The notes under the pieces: model-generated | Told to the model about the DNA's origin: nothing | The model's database searches: none | Seen by the model: the letters and a program-made list of their open reading frames with translations, nothing else | Position numbers and translations under genes: made by a program | Part shown: one piece after another, positions 13,978 through 25,935 of the stretch | Layout of the letters: each line of letters starts with the position of its first letter | Position numbering within the stretch: position 1 is the first letter of the stretch | Assembly: GCA_030770535.1 (NCBI GenBank) | Contig: JASVEC010000029.1 | Location: 558,001 to 622,000, forward strand | DNA: 64,000 bases | Origin: Batkoa obscura | Lineage: Eukaryota | Direction: 5' to 3'

Positions 13978-14701
13978 TTCCTTTTCACTTATAAAAAGTT
14001 TTAAAATAAATTAAATAAAAAAATTGAGATTATTTGATGTTTTGAGCTTTTGAGCTTTTGAGCTTTTGCATTTTTTTTAATTTTGTAATATTCGGGTCTA
14101 AATCAGGCGACTTCAATGTCTTTCTTTTAGCCCTCTCACTTCAATTTCTCAACAGGGAACTCAATTCTAAAAAATATTATACTTGATTATAGATAAAAAT
14201 TATAATTAGAAGTTTAGTCAAGGTTAAATAAATATTGTCTTTGGCACATATTTTCTATAAACAATTTATCCAAGTAATTTATTTAATGATAATCTTTTAA
14301 CGTATTTGTTATTATGATACAGAGAGTAAGCAATGATTGATAGAATAGTAATATTTATAATAACAAGTTATATTAGTATTATTATAATAGAGTATGAAAA
14401 CACATTTATAGTAAAATATTAATTTAGAATTAACTATTTATTGAGTTAGAAACTGTAACGCATATTTTTGTATAATCTATCAAATTTCATTTTTAACTAA
14501 AATTAATAGACTTTATATTTCATCAAATTTAGTTTATTATTATAATAAAATGATAATTATACTCATTATAAAATACTAAATTAACAAATATAATAAATCA
14601 AATAAACAATAAAAACAAATCTCAAAATAAAGATAAACATTTCTCAACTTTGAAATTTTATTACTATTAATAACTGGTCCTTAATATTTTATAATATATA
14701 C

Positions 14702-15525
14702 TTAGATAGGTTTTATCTAAAAAAATTTACATTAGTCCTCTACATTAAAAACACATATGCTAATAGTCACTTACTTTAAAATGCAATGAAATAAGAGAGA
14801 TAATTAAACATTTTAAATCCTGTACTAAAAAATAAAATTTCTCTAAACCAACGGGATCTTTACTTGATGTTACTTGGGATAACGAAAACAATTTGGATGT
14901 CTAGAAAAATAAAATATAAATTAATAATTAAAGTCAATAGTTAATTTCAATTCCAAATTTCAATTCTGATTTGTGTCTTTTGGTTTAAATTCTTTAATAA
15001 TTACCTCAAAAGCAATATGATGTTCTCCAATTTTAATTTCTAATTCTTGACGACCTTCATTATCTTTTTCAGGCCAATTTTCATCATCACAACTATTTAA
15101 TTAAAAATAATAATAAATTAATATCCTCACTTCTTAACTTTGTTATTGTTATTAAATAAAATACTTACTCAAAAACTTCACTATCTTGAATAATTTTTTT
15201 GATTTCTTCAATAACTATTGGACTTATAGAAACTATATAAAACAATATTAATAACCACTTCTAAATTCAACCATCTTTACAATTAAATCTTAAAAGCACA
15301 AAGTTAAACTTACATTCCTTTCTAATCAATGAATCATTTCTATAATTTGAATTATTAGCATATCGACATCTACCATCTCCGTTGATTTCAAACTCTAAAA
15401 ATTCATGACCACTTTTATTGTTGGTATGACCAGTACTAAATTATTTTATCAATATTTAAAATAGAATTTATCGTCATTAAAGTTTACTAATATCTTAGAT
15501 AAAACGAATCTTTTGGGTTAGCCAT
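14702..15525 (-). CDS. MAGO: Mago nashi, exon junction complex core protein
   Basis: Spliced translation [75 protein letters not shown]. Confidence 0.95.
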
Positions 15526-16407
15526 TCTTTTATATTTATATTGTAAAGATTAGAATCTTGCTTTTGTTTATTTTACTTCTCTTACTTTCAATGAATGTTT
15601 TGACGAGTTTGATTGGCTTTTCATGTATCCAATTAAAATACGTTTTAATTTTAATGCTTTTTAAACAATACGAAAAGAAAATTAATATTATGTTATAATA
15701 CTTTATTATGTTAGAATAAATTATAATATTTTAAATAAAAAAGCGCTATACTAAATAACCTTGTTTTATTTTTTAAAATTTTTTATTTAATAAATAAATA
15801 AATAGACATTAAGATACTAAGTAAATACAACTTATTTTTTTATCAATCATAAAAATTTTAAAATTGAAAATATTTTAATAAATTGTATTATAATATAAAT
15901 TAAGTTTTTGATACTATTGCTAATGCTCTATATATTAATCAGGGACCTGAATATTAGTTACTAGATTAATTATGCAAATTTTAATATATCATTTATTAGT
16001 TTGAAATTTTTTAAAGATATTAATTATTTTACAAACTTTGGATTTAAAATAAATTTAAAAATTATCTTAATTTAGAAAACTACGTTGTAATAACCACACA
16101 TTCAAAAAAAAACATAGAATCTAATATTATTAATATATTTTATTTTATTTATTTCTATTTATAATAATTAAAAACAATCAAATTTATAAACGACTTATTT
16201 CTTATCCCACTGTATGACGCTAATAAAAAACTGACTATTTTTTCACAAAACTTCGTCTGTTTTATCTTTAACCAATCAATCTTAATTTCAAATTTTAATA
16301 AATTTCATCATCTTACATCAACTAAAGCTCACTTTAAAACTCTATTTTAGCTATCCAACTAAGGATATTATTCTTTTAACATATAAAACCCAATATCACT
16401 TTAAATA

Positions 16408-16905
16408 ATGAGCGAAAGAGCTGGCCGATCACATCCCCAATTTGAATGGGTTAAAGCGAAAAGTGGTTCAATACCACCAAATGCAGTCCAGGGGGGTCAA
16501 GAAGGTGATGGAAAGCCTTTATTTGTAGCTCGAGCCATGTTCAATGGTTCTTTAGTACCCGGAAAAGCAGGCCCACATATTCGAGGAGCCTCGATTGCTT
16601 ATGGAGGAAAAGAACATTTTTTATTTGATTATGAAATTTTAGTGGGAGATGAAAGTTTGCTGTATTGGAGACAATGTACAGGTAGAATTCAATTACGTGG
16701 TTGGTCACCTCTTGAAGTGGGTTATGAAGCGGACGGTAAAGAACTTTATGTGGGGAAAACGCAGGTGGGGAATGGGGTTGTTATAGGTAAGGTAGGTGAA
16801 CACTTTCCTAATGGGTTGATGTATACCTATGCTTATAAAGAAAAAGCAGTCAGTGAATTGGATTATTATTATGTGTTAGCGGTGCCTAATAATGTTTCTA
16901 GTTAA
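16408..16905 (+). CDS. DM9-repeat (DUF3421) protein, putative lectin
   Basis: Two DM9 repeats: WV..SGSIPPNAVQGGQEGDGKPLFVARA..PGK..YGGKE..YEIL and VGYEADGKELYVGK. Confidence 0.9.
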   Translation: MSERAGRSHPQFEWVKAKSGSIPPNAVQGGQEGDGKPLFVARAMFNGSLVPGKAGPHIRGASIAYGGKEHFLFDYEILVGDESLLYWRQCTGRIQLRGWSPLEVGYEADGKELYVGKTQVGNGVVIGKVGEHFPNGLMYTYAYKEKAVSELDYYYVLAVPNNVSS

Positions 16906-17445
16906 CCATAAATCGTATACTGATATTGTTTAAGTTGTTTTTAAGGTTTTAATAGTAATTGAATTGACGGTTTTATTTAATTATGAAATAAAAGGGGAAT
17001 GAATGAATTCATAAAGTATCAAGAATATAATATTTAAATAATTACTTCAATAGGTTTATTTTTTGTTTTTTGTTTTTATGTATTTTTCAAAAATTATTAC
17101 TTACTCATAAGTAGTTTATTAATAGACATTAAATGTATATTAGGTAAGAGGAAAGATAAACAATGCAGGTAGTATTTCACGTCCTACTTTATTAGAAGCC
17201 ACTTTATTGTTTTCTATTAAATATGGCTTTAATATTTGAGTATAAAAAATAGAGATCTCTCAATATAAATTGAAAATCATGAAGGAAAACAAAGAATAAT
17301 TCAATATAAATATAAATATAATCAAAAGTTTAATCTATTAAAAGAAAAATTACGGTTAAACTGTAATATATTTCTATTTAAAAACTTCTAGCATTGGAGT
17401 ATATAATAAATTATCCAAGATTATGAAGAAATAAAAATAGAATAT

Positions 17446-17543
17446 AGAGGTGTTTTTTTTTGGTTTCGTCATTTCCCCCATCTTTTAAGCCCTATTTGAG
17501 CGGAAAAATTGTTAGTAAAATTGTTAGACAAAAATACATCCCC
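17446..17543. mobile_element. Sola-related ~98-bp MITE copy
   Basis: Family sequence ending TACATCCCC; ATAT on both flanks. Confidence 0.85.
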
Positions 17544-17816
17544 ATATAGTTCCTAGATTCTTTAATATTCCAAAACAGTCCTCTTATTAATTATTATACT
17601 TTTACTCCTACTATTTTACTATACAAACTTATCCATTTTAAGCTCTATCTAAAATATCTTATCTTGTATATATTAATAAAAATAAAACCCTAAATTGTTA
17701 TGTATAATTTCTAATAAAATATTTTACTTTAATTCCAATTACCCTATTTTAATATCCATTATTTTTAAATTAGTTTATTTTTAAACTTCCTCAACATAGC
17801 CTAAAACTAAAAGTTT

Positions 17817-18748
17817 TTAACAGAAAGTAGAAGGACGTTTGGCAAGGAAGAGAGCACGGTGCTTCTTGTGAGCTGGCTTGAGGACACGGTGAGGAAGAGG
17901 GAAAGTAAGCTTTGGTTTCTAAAAAAAAGTTAGCTATAAAAATCTTGATTATTATTGATGTAAAAATATACCAAAAGTTGTTGAATATAAGCACGTTTAA
18001 CATCTTTAGCAGCAATTTCAGCTACACGGATGATTTGTACTGATCTAAAACGAGCACGGTGACGAGCAGCTAAATCAAGATCTATATATTCTTATAAATA
18101 CCTATTACAATTAAAGTTAAACAATTCTCTTACAGCAAGCTTCAACAGCTTCAGCACGTGACATTTCACGATATTCTTTGTACATATTGTGGGTACCGGA
18201 ACGAGAGTCATAACGTAACCAAATACCATAGTTCTTAACTTTAAGAGGTTTGGCTTCGTGAATCTTTATAAAAATAAATATATAATCTTAAACAATGGGC
18301 ATCATTTTAGTTACCTTGTTAACGGAAAGAATTTCTCCAGAAGCTTTCTTTACTTTAGAAACCTTTTTCATGAAATACCAATAACGAGATTTGGCAATAG
18401 TTTCATTAGGACAGAAAAGACGCATACGGAAAATCTTTGGGGAAGATTCCTTTTCAGTAGGAAGCTTACGTCCAATGACTTGATATTCGTTAAGCTAATA
18501 GGACATCTTTTTAATATTTTTTGTTTATTAATTTTATCGTTTTTATAATAGCTCAATTTGTTTCTTTCATGTATAATATTCTCTATCCCTTTTTGTTGGA
18601 TATTTAGATGGATGCATTTTTTATTTTTTTAATTGGATTTCTATATTATTCTTATTTTTTATCGTTTTTGGTCATTTTGGTTTTCTGTTATTGTCACTAT
18701 CCTTTATAATCTCTTGTAAAATTTGTAGTTCTTACTTACTTTACCCAT
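17817..18748 (-). CDS. RPL20: 60S ribosomal protein eL20 (L18a)
   Basis: Micro-exon MGK, intron, then [61 protein letters not shown]. Confidence 0.95.
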
Positions 18749-19535
18749 TTCAGTTGATTTTATATAACCTTATGGTACCAAGAGGAAAGGAATTTACCGT
18801 ATAGCTTTACTGTTTGATTTAATGTGGATAGGTAATGGGATATTGATTTAATAATATTGCCCAATTAGCCCAAACTTAAATTGATTTCAAGCTTTTTTAT
18901 TGGCTCTTTATTTTGACTTTGAAATTGTATAGTTTTTCAAGTTGATAAATTATTATATTTTACTATTTTGGCCTTTATATTTTCGTTACTTTAATCTTTA
19001 TGTTAAAGCTATTGTATTAGCTGCTATATTTATACCCATGATCAATAGAATTTATATAATCATATCTATTCTAAGTATTAATGTCAATGTAATCAATTCA
19101 CAGTTTATTATCACATAGTTCAAGTAGAAAATTTTAGTAGAATTAGTTTTTTTATTTATATTGACTTGATGCTTTGTTTGTGTGAGTCAGGAGTAGAGGT
19201 TTAATATAAATAATAAGCTTTTGGTTTTAGATAATAATATCTTTTTATTATGTTTATCTGATATATCAATTAAAATAATTACAAAATACTTAAAGAATAT
19301 TATTAGTCACTAAATAAGCAAGCGATTTAATAGGACCACAGTTTCCAATAAATCCAGCCAAAACACAAAGGGTTTAAATTCTAGCAAATCAAAATTTAAC
19401 GATAGAAACTAACTTTCTTCCTTAGAAGCGAAACGTTCTAGAAAGCTACTATATTTGGAAGGCAAATAGAACCTAAAACCCCCTTTAACAACTTTCTAGA
19501 AGCTTTATCTTTTAACTTTTTTAAATTTAATTCCA

Positions 19536-20240
19536 ATGTTATCTAAAATTTACAATTTATCCGTATTTACAATAGTTTTGCTTTGTACTGCTGCACTAGC
19601 ACATGATCATGACAGTAGTTTTGACTCCAGTTCAGCACCAAGTATGAAGATGTATTTTCATGGTGGTATCAATGATTATATGATGTTTCAATCCTGGGTA
19701 CCAAAAACGTATGGTAGTTATTCAGGTGCTTGGCTCCTCTTTTTCTTTTTAGGTATTTTATTAGAAGGCTTTTTGGTGTTTGGTTCTAACCTTCAGGCCA
19801 AATGGATTCAAGAAGCTGAAGCCGCTGATATTACTGCAAACTCTTTTGGAGTTCAAGGTAATACCGAAGAAACCTTGATTTCAAAGAACAAATTTATGTT
19901 TTTTGAAATGTCGAGTGTAATCACTTGGAGTAAAGCAGTGATTCTCTCTTTACTTCGTTTTGTTGAGTCTACCTTAGCTTACTTTTTAATGTTAGTGACC
20001 ATGATTTATAACGTTGGTTTGTTCTTTTCGGTGGTTGCAGGTCATGCAGTTGGTGTGTTTTTATTCTCTCGTTTCCGTTCTAAGGATTCAATTGAGAGTA
20101 AATTTGATCCAGAACATGAAGGTTTGTCATCCCCGCGTCATTCTTTAGGTAGTGGAGGTATTGTTAGAAATCAATCTACTGATTTCAATACTAAAGTCAA
20201 TCCAGAAAATCATTCGGGTCCTCAATCTTCTTGTCATTAG
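19536..20240 (+). CDS. Ctr-family copper transporter
   Basis: HDHD and MKMYFH N-terminal motifs, FQSW, MLVTM (MxxxM) YNVGLFFSVVAGHAVG, C-terminal CH. Confidence 0.9.
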   Translation: MLSKIYNLSVFTIVLLCTAALAHDHDSSFDSSSAPSMKMYFHGGINDYMMFQSWVPKTYGSYSGAWLLFFFLGILLEGFLVFGSNLQAKWIQEAEAADITANSFGVQGNTEETLISKNKFMFFEMSSVITWSKAVILSLLRFVESTLAYFLMLVTMIYNVGLFFSVVAGHAVGVFLFSRFRSKDSIESKFDPEHEGLSSPRHSLGSGGIVRNQSTDFNTKVNPENHSGPQSSCH

Positions 20241-20725
20241 GTTTATTTTTTATTGAATAAATAAGAATTACCTTTGTATTAAGTTTAAATAAAATATACA
20301 ATTATTGTTATTAAATTAAACAAGAATTGTTATTGATATAAATTAATTGATTGATTTAAAAGCTTTACATTTATGTAAAGAACATATTATCAGAAATGTG
20401 ATTTTATTATTGCAAATTATAAATTTAATAGAAATTATTTTTCTAAGAATAATTTTCAACTTTTCTAGATTAATTAATATTAATATTTAATTTATAAAAT
20501 AAAGTAGATTAAAGTTTAAATAATTTCTAACACTGTAATTTATGGTTGAGGTATCTTTATATTATTGCAATACATTTAAACTATTTTACAGAATCCCTAT
20601 TAAATAATAACAAATACAATTAAACCATTATCACATTTAATATATTTTAAGGGGTATATTTTTAATAATCAATTAAAATTAATAAAATTTATTTAACTTA
20701 AGGTTCAAAAATCAGCACTAAAACT

Positions 20726-22135
20726 TTAGTTGATATTTTGAGCAAGATAAGCAGCGGGTAATGGGGAGCTATCAGCTGTTTTAAATGGATGTTCAGTATG
20801 CGTTGAAAAGGTAGCTATAGTCGAATAACTACAATTTAATACACTATTATCAAACGATTCTGGTAAAGGTACAATTTTTGGTTCTTGAATTAATTGGCGA
20901 TTGGAGTCCATCGATTCATTATGTTCCATTGACTTCTTTCTATAAATAAAAAAGTAGATCCCTAACCCAGCTAATACTAAAAACATTATCCCTCCTACGA
21001 TTCCTCCTACGATGGCTCCTAAATTACTCCTGCTTTCTTCGGTACCATTTGATATACTTGAGTCATGTGAATTTTCATTATTATTAGATCTATCACTGGG
21101 GATAGACAGGGCATCCATCAATTGCCAGGTTTGAGGATTAATTATTTGAGCACTTGAAATTGAGTTATCAGTTTCTCCAGAAAAGAAAAGTAAATAGCCA
21201 TAATAATCAATAAAGCAGCCCTGTTGATTTGATTTAAAATTAGAGATAGTTTGTTTTGACCATTTAAGATCCTTGTCTTTTAAATTTAAACTGTATATAT
21301 TGGAATTCATTCCTTTTGTATGTGGTATAACATAAAGTTGATCATTGACTTTGGCATAGGAGTATTTTTCTACCTTTGGTGGTGGACTCGAGGTCTTTGA
21401 TGCTGTCATTTTTTTACTTTTTAAATCAAGGATTCTTACTTCTTCATTATTTTTTAAGGTTCTTGTATCCGTACCAAAGAAAGAATATAATTTTCCATTA
21501 TAAACTATAGAAACATGATCCAAAGCAGGTGTATTGTCGTTATATATTTCGCTCCATTTTTCTGATTTTATATTATAAATTAATACCTTTGCAGTAAAAA
21601 TTTCTTTCTTTGGTACTTTTGCAGCTACTGAACCATAATAGATAAGTTCATCTGGATTTTGATCATTTTGTAATAAGGTAAAACCGAAGGTATCTTCCGG
21701 AGAGCTTCGTTTTCCTTTTTTCATAATATCTAAAAATTGTTTAGATACTTCTTTATTTGAGGACCATTTCAATGCTTTTAAATCAAATGTTTGATATAAA
21801 GGCTGAGAGTTAGAACCACCAAAATTGATAATTGTATCTGAGTTGGACATTAAAATAGATTTTGAATATACTCTTTTTGGAAAGCCATTTGAACTTGCTA
21901 GCGACTGCCATGGTACAGATGATACGTTGAATTGCTTAGTTAAGTCTAATGTCAATATTTTATCATTATTTTGATTATCTTGGTTCTTATTAACTTGTCC
22001 TTTTACTCCACCTAAATAAATAACTTTATCATTATCTTTTATGCAGCTTCCAGAGCTAATTGATGAAATATCTAAAGATTGAGAGTTAGCTAGTAAAACA
22101 AAATAGAGCCCTAAGATCAAATGAGTTGGAAACAT
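20726..22135 (-). CDS. Type I membrane protein with extracellular kelch/galactose-oxidase-like beta-propeller
   Basis: Signal peptide; kelch-like YLGG/NFGG/FFG repeats with spaced W residues; TM segment GAIVGGIVGGIMFLVLAGLGIYFFIY followed by RKK. Confidence 0.8.
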   Translation of the reverse strand: MFPTHLILGLYFVLLANSQSLDISSISSGSCIKDNDKVIYLGGVKGQVNKNQDNQNNDKILTLDLTKQFNVSSVPWQSLASSNGFPKRVYSKSILMSNSDTIINFGGSNSQPLYQTFDLKALKWSSNKEVSKQFLDIMKKGKRSSPEDTFGFTLLQNDQNPDELIYYGSVAAKVPKKEIFTAKVLIYNIKSEKWSEIYNDNTPALDHVSIVYNGKLYSFFGTDTRTLKNNEEVRILDLKSKKMTASKTSSPPPKVEKYSYAKVNDQLYVIPHTKGMNSNIYSLNLKDKDLKWSKQTISNFKSNQQGCFIDYYGYLLFFSGETDNSISSAQIINPQTWQLMDALSIPSDRSNNNENSHDSSISNGTEESRSNLGAIVGGIVGGIMFLVLAGLGIYFFIYRKKSMEHNESMDSNRQLIQEPKIVPLPESFDNSVLNCSYSTIATFSTHTEHPFKTADSSPLPAAYLAQNIN

Positions 22136-22545
22136 AATGAGAGGTAAAGTTCGCCTGGAACTATTTTAAAAAAATAAAGAAGTAAGAAAAAGCAAAATTA
22201 AAACTTTAATTAATCAAGTTTATTAATTATAAATGTTTTTACTTTATTTTACTACTTCACTTATTATTAGAACTTACATTTATAGTTATGTTCTATCTTT
22301 AATTATTTTGCACATACCATATTCAATTGCTATTTCATAGTATTGAACCATCCGCCAATCAAATAGGCGAATTGGCATTTAAATTAGGAATTTAATATAT
22401 TAAATTAATAATTCAACATTTATAAAGTTGATATTAAAAAAATATTTAATATAAAATAAAACAAAAAACTGAAATCATTAAATGAAATTACAAATAAATA
22501 TACAAATATATAATTTCAAAGAGCTATTTAATTATATAAATCAAA

Positions 22546-23769
22546 TTACAAATGGGTAGCGTTTAAAGATTTTTTAAATTCAATAATAGCATTAGGTGCC
22601 AATTTCCCAAAACCTTCAAAGTGTTTCAAAGTTAAAAACAATTGGCCGGATAATCGAAGATACCATTGGTTTTCATAGTAGAAGCATTTGACACGATAAT
22701 GATATTTCTCCCAAACATAGTTTGCAAATAAAACACCATAGTCTTTACTATTATCCAAACCAAGTGGGAACTCGATATTAACCATATTCCCACTTTGGTG
22801 TTCCTCACCCAAAACTTTACCACCAATTAACTTAGCTACTCGTTGGCCTCCTTCCCATGCCAAATTATGAATATAATTGATAATATTATCATGTCCATGT
22901 TTCTCAATAAAATCTAAAGAAGCATCTGTTGCTAACCAACATGAAAAATCAATAGTACCTGGCCACTTAAAAGTAGTTTGAAAGTTGTTCGACCCGTAAC
23001 CAACTGCAATAACGGTGGGATGAATAATCGATTGATATTCTTTTCTAACGTACAATACGGAGGTAGGGCGATAAGCGTAGCCCCATTTATGTAACGTAGT
23101 CGAAAAAAAATCTACTTTAGTCTGAGCTATGTTGAGTTTAATTTGTCCAAAAGCATGGGCTCCATCAACTACTACTTTAGCTCCATGTTCTTTAAATAAG
23201 ATAGCAAGCTCTTCATATGGAAGAATTACTCCAGGTACGGATACAATAGCATCCAAAACAGCTACTGTAATTTTAATACCATTTGATTCTGCTTGCTCAA
23301 TGGCCTGCTTTACTGATTCGATTAATTGTCTATCACTGACAGGCTTATGTCTAAATTCAATTAAGTTAACTCCCTGTTTTTCATTTAAAAACTGAATCAA
23401 TACATTCACTGAATTATAAGCGGTATTGAAATAAAACAAGGTATCTTTCTCAGTTAATTCTAAACTCCTTAAGACTACGTTGATACCCTGAGTTGCATTT
23501 TTTATAAACACTGTATCTTCTGGATTTGCACCGATGATGTTTGCTATCTTTTTTAGTGGTTTTTGTAAGTTTTGTTCGAGTACATCAAGCAAGAATAAAT
23601 CTGGATGGGATTCAATATGATCTAGCCACTTGATTCTACTTTCTCTTACACTTTTAGGTACTGTACCAAAACTACCATTGTTCAAATGAGTTAATTTAGG
23701 ATCTAATTGAAATTCTTGCTTGATGTTGTCGCCAAAGGCTTGTTGATTGTCATTGTTAAGTAAAACCAT
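22546..23769 (-). CDS. PLP-dependent class V aminotransferase/C-S lyase (Egt2, LolT or isopenicillin-N-epimerase-like)
   Basis: HLNNGSFGTVP, NATQGIN, VDGAH, TLHKW (PLP lysine), WPGTIDFS, YLRLSGQ. Confidence 0.88.
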   Translation of the reverse strand: MVLLNNDNQQAFGDNIKQEFQLDPKLTHLNNGSFGTVPKSVRESRIKWLDHIESHPDLFLLDVLEQNLQKPLKKIANIIGANPEDTVFIKNATQGINVVLRSLELTEKDTLFYFNTAYNSVNVLIQFLNEKQGVNLIEFRHKPVSDRQLIESVKQAIEQAESNGIKITVAVLDAIVSVPGVILPYEELAILFKEHGAKVVVDGAHAFGQIKLNIAQTKVDFFSTTLHKWGYAYRPTSVLYVRKEYQSIIHPTVIAVGYGSNNFQTTFKWPGTIDFSCWLATDASLDFIEKHGHDNIINYIHNLAWEGGQRVAKLIGGKVLGEEHQSGNMVNIEFPLGLDNSKDYGVLFANYVWEKYHYRVKCFYYENQWYLRLSGQLFLTLKHFEGFGKLAPNAIIEFKKSLNATHL

Positions 23770-24420
23770 TTTAATTTTTAAAAATGGGAAAAGTCAAAAT
23801 TTTGTTTTTTTATAGTTTTTAAGTTGCCTTGTGACGCAAGGATGCATGTTTAAAACCCACTTCATTGGAATTTTTAGCTGTTCAATTTTAATAGAGCGAA
23901 TAGTGTGAAATTGCATTATGGAAAAGAATAATAGTTATTGTGAACCATAGCTAAAGGGTATATTATAATTCTATTAAGTTAGAATAAGGTTCAATTAGTA
24001 ATCAAAAATTGTAATAATATTTATATTTTATTAGCAATAACAAAGTAAAATTGTTGATTTACAATAATTGAATAAAGTTAAGGTTTTTGAATGAATTCTA
24101 TATCCTCAATATTTGTTACTAAACAATAGATTTTTAGAAAGTTTATTATTATTGTGATTATCTTCTGAGCAATATTTTGTGATACAACATCATTGATAAA
24201 GCTTAAAAATAAGAATAAAGCTATCTATTGTAATAGTTATAAGGTTTATTATTAGCAAAACATCAGACTATTATCCAAAGGATATAAACACCTATAATAG
24301 TATTTATAATAATTAACTATCGAACAATGTATAATTCAAGTAAGCTTCAATATTAACAGTTATTATTAATACATATCGAATAAAGAAAATCAGCTTATAG
24401 AATCACTAAATTTTAAAATA

Positions 24421-24613
24421 TAGTATTTTTAACCTGCTAACAGCTATAGCAAAAAAAATTTGAACAAACTGAAGTAAAAATTCTGAAAACAATTTTGATA
24501 AAAGTGAACAAAATTAAAAATTTCATTTTTAATACTTTGAATTTTGTTCACTTTCGAAGAGAACTGTTATTGAGTTTTTTTCTTGCTATAGTTGTGACAG
24601 GTTGAAGATACTG
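24421..24613. mobile_element. Palindromic MITE with TA flanks, Tc1/mariner-like ends
   Basis: ta-tagtatttttaacctgctaacagctatagcaa ... ttgctatagttgtgacaggttgaagatactg-ta; inner IR aaagtgaacaaaatt/aattttgttcacttt. Confidence 0.65.
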
Positions 24614-25127
24614 TATTAGGGTAAATTAGTTCTGACCCAAGGACCAATGTTTTTACGGCTTTGGTTTATAAAATTATGAACTCAACACAAACACTATCAA
24701 AATGTTTATTTTTACGCAGCCTTTGGAAATCTTTTGTGATCTAATTGATTATTCATTTAAGATTTTTTTTAAATAAAATTTAATTAAATATGTTTAGGCC
24801 TTAAAAAAACTGCTTATATAAATAATTTATAAAAATTGTTACCAAAAAAGTCTCAAAAGAGCTGCAATAATTATAATTTAGAGTAAACCATGTGAGAATG
24901 TTTTTGTTTTATTTCTAAATTTTATGCCACACAGAAAATGGATAAAATTGCGAAGCGATAAAGACATTCCCATACGGTTCTTACAAATTTAAACCTAAAT
25001 CAAACTATAAATCTTTGTCTACAATTATCCTTTTAATTTAGGACTGTAAAATAAACTGACAAAGCTAGATATTAAAAAATGACATTAAATAATCTAGATT
25101 TGATTCAATGTTAATCAAATTAACATT

Positions 25128-25456
25128 GGGAATATCTTTTTTGGTTTCATTGTTTTGTCTATTAAGGCTACTGAGAAGAATTTTTTTAAATAAAGTTCTT
25201 AACAAAAAAATAAATGGCTCTATTCTTAATAAAAATGCTCAAAGTAAAAAGCGGTAATTAAATAAATAGTTTTACTTGATGAAGGGTCCAATTTGAGTTG
25301 AAATTACTCTATGTAATGATTTCTAATGCTCAACTTTAAGAAGAAACACCCATTTAATAAAGGAAATGTTTTTTTAATTTCATTTTTTATCTCTTTTTAT
25401 GCAATATCAATATTGGATAATTTGTTAGTAAATACTGGAACAAAAAAGGTATCTCC
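25128..25456. mobile_element. Two highly degenerate copies of the Sola-related MITE (~25128-25220 and ~25361-25456)
   Basis: gggaatatcttttttggtttcatt..ttcttaacaaaaaa and ggaaatgtttttttaatttcatt..ttgttagtaaa..caaaaaaggtatctcc resemble the family consensus. Confidence 0.5.
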
Positions 25457-25935
25457 AGCCCTATTCTCATCTAAGCAGGTTCTGTTCTAAGTGATGATCA
25501 TTTGTTTAAAAAAAGCAAAAGCTCTTAGTTACAATATTAGCTTTTATATTTAAGTTTTTTTAATACATAGTTTTTATTATTCCAATTACATCAACTATTT
25601 TTTGAAAAAGCCTGTTGTTCATGGACTGCCCTAATAGAACTATTTTTTATGCCAAAGCTTACAGGTCCTCTTGCATATATAAACCCACCTGATATAAAAA
25701 CAATCTAACCATTTATTGATTTTTTCAAATTAACCATATATATAGTAACTATTCTATATTTAAATAGACATACTTTAATTTAACATCATCTGGTTTATCT
25801 CCATTATATAAACTCAAAGCATTTATTTTATACTAAAGCTTTTTTTAACAAAACTAATATTACACTTCAAAATTTATGCTCTAACAGAAGTTGGAAAATA
25901 GAAAATTTTACTTATTACTTATAATAAAAATAAAA

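Noticed and set aside
18496..18739. Intronic snoRNA in the long first intron of RPL20 (also checked RPS24 and mL44 introns)
   Set aside because: No convincing box C/D or H/ACA pair seen
19100..19535. Copper-response elements upstream of the Ctr gene
   Set aside because: No clean TTTGCTC-type repeats found
24619..25311. Possible TIR pair gggtaaatt..ggacc / ggtcc..aattactc
   Set aside because: Similarity is too weak to support an element
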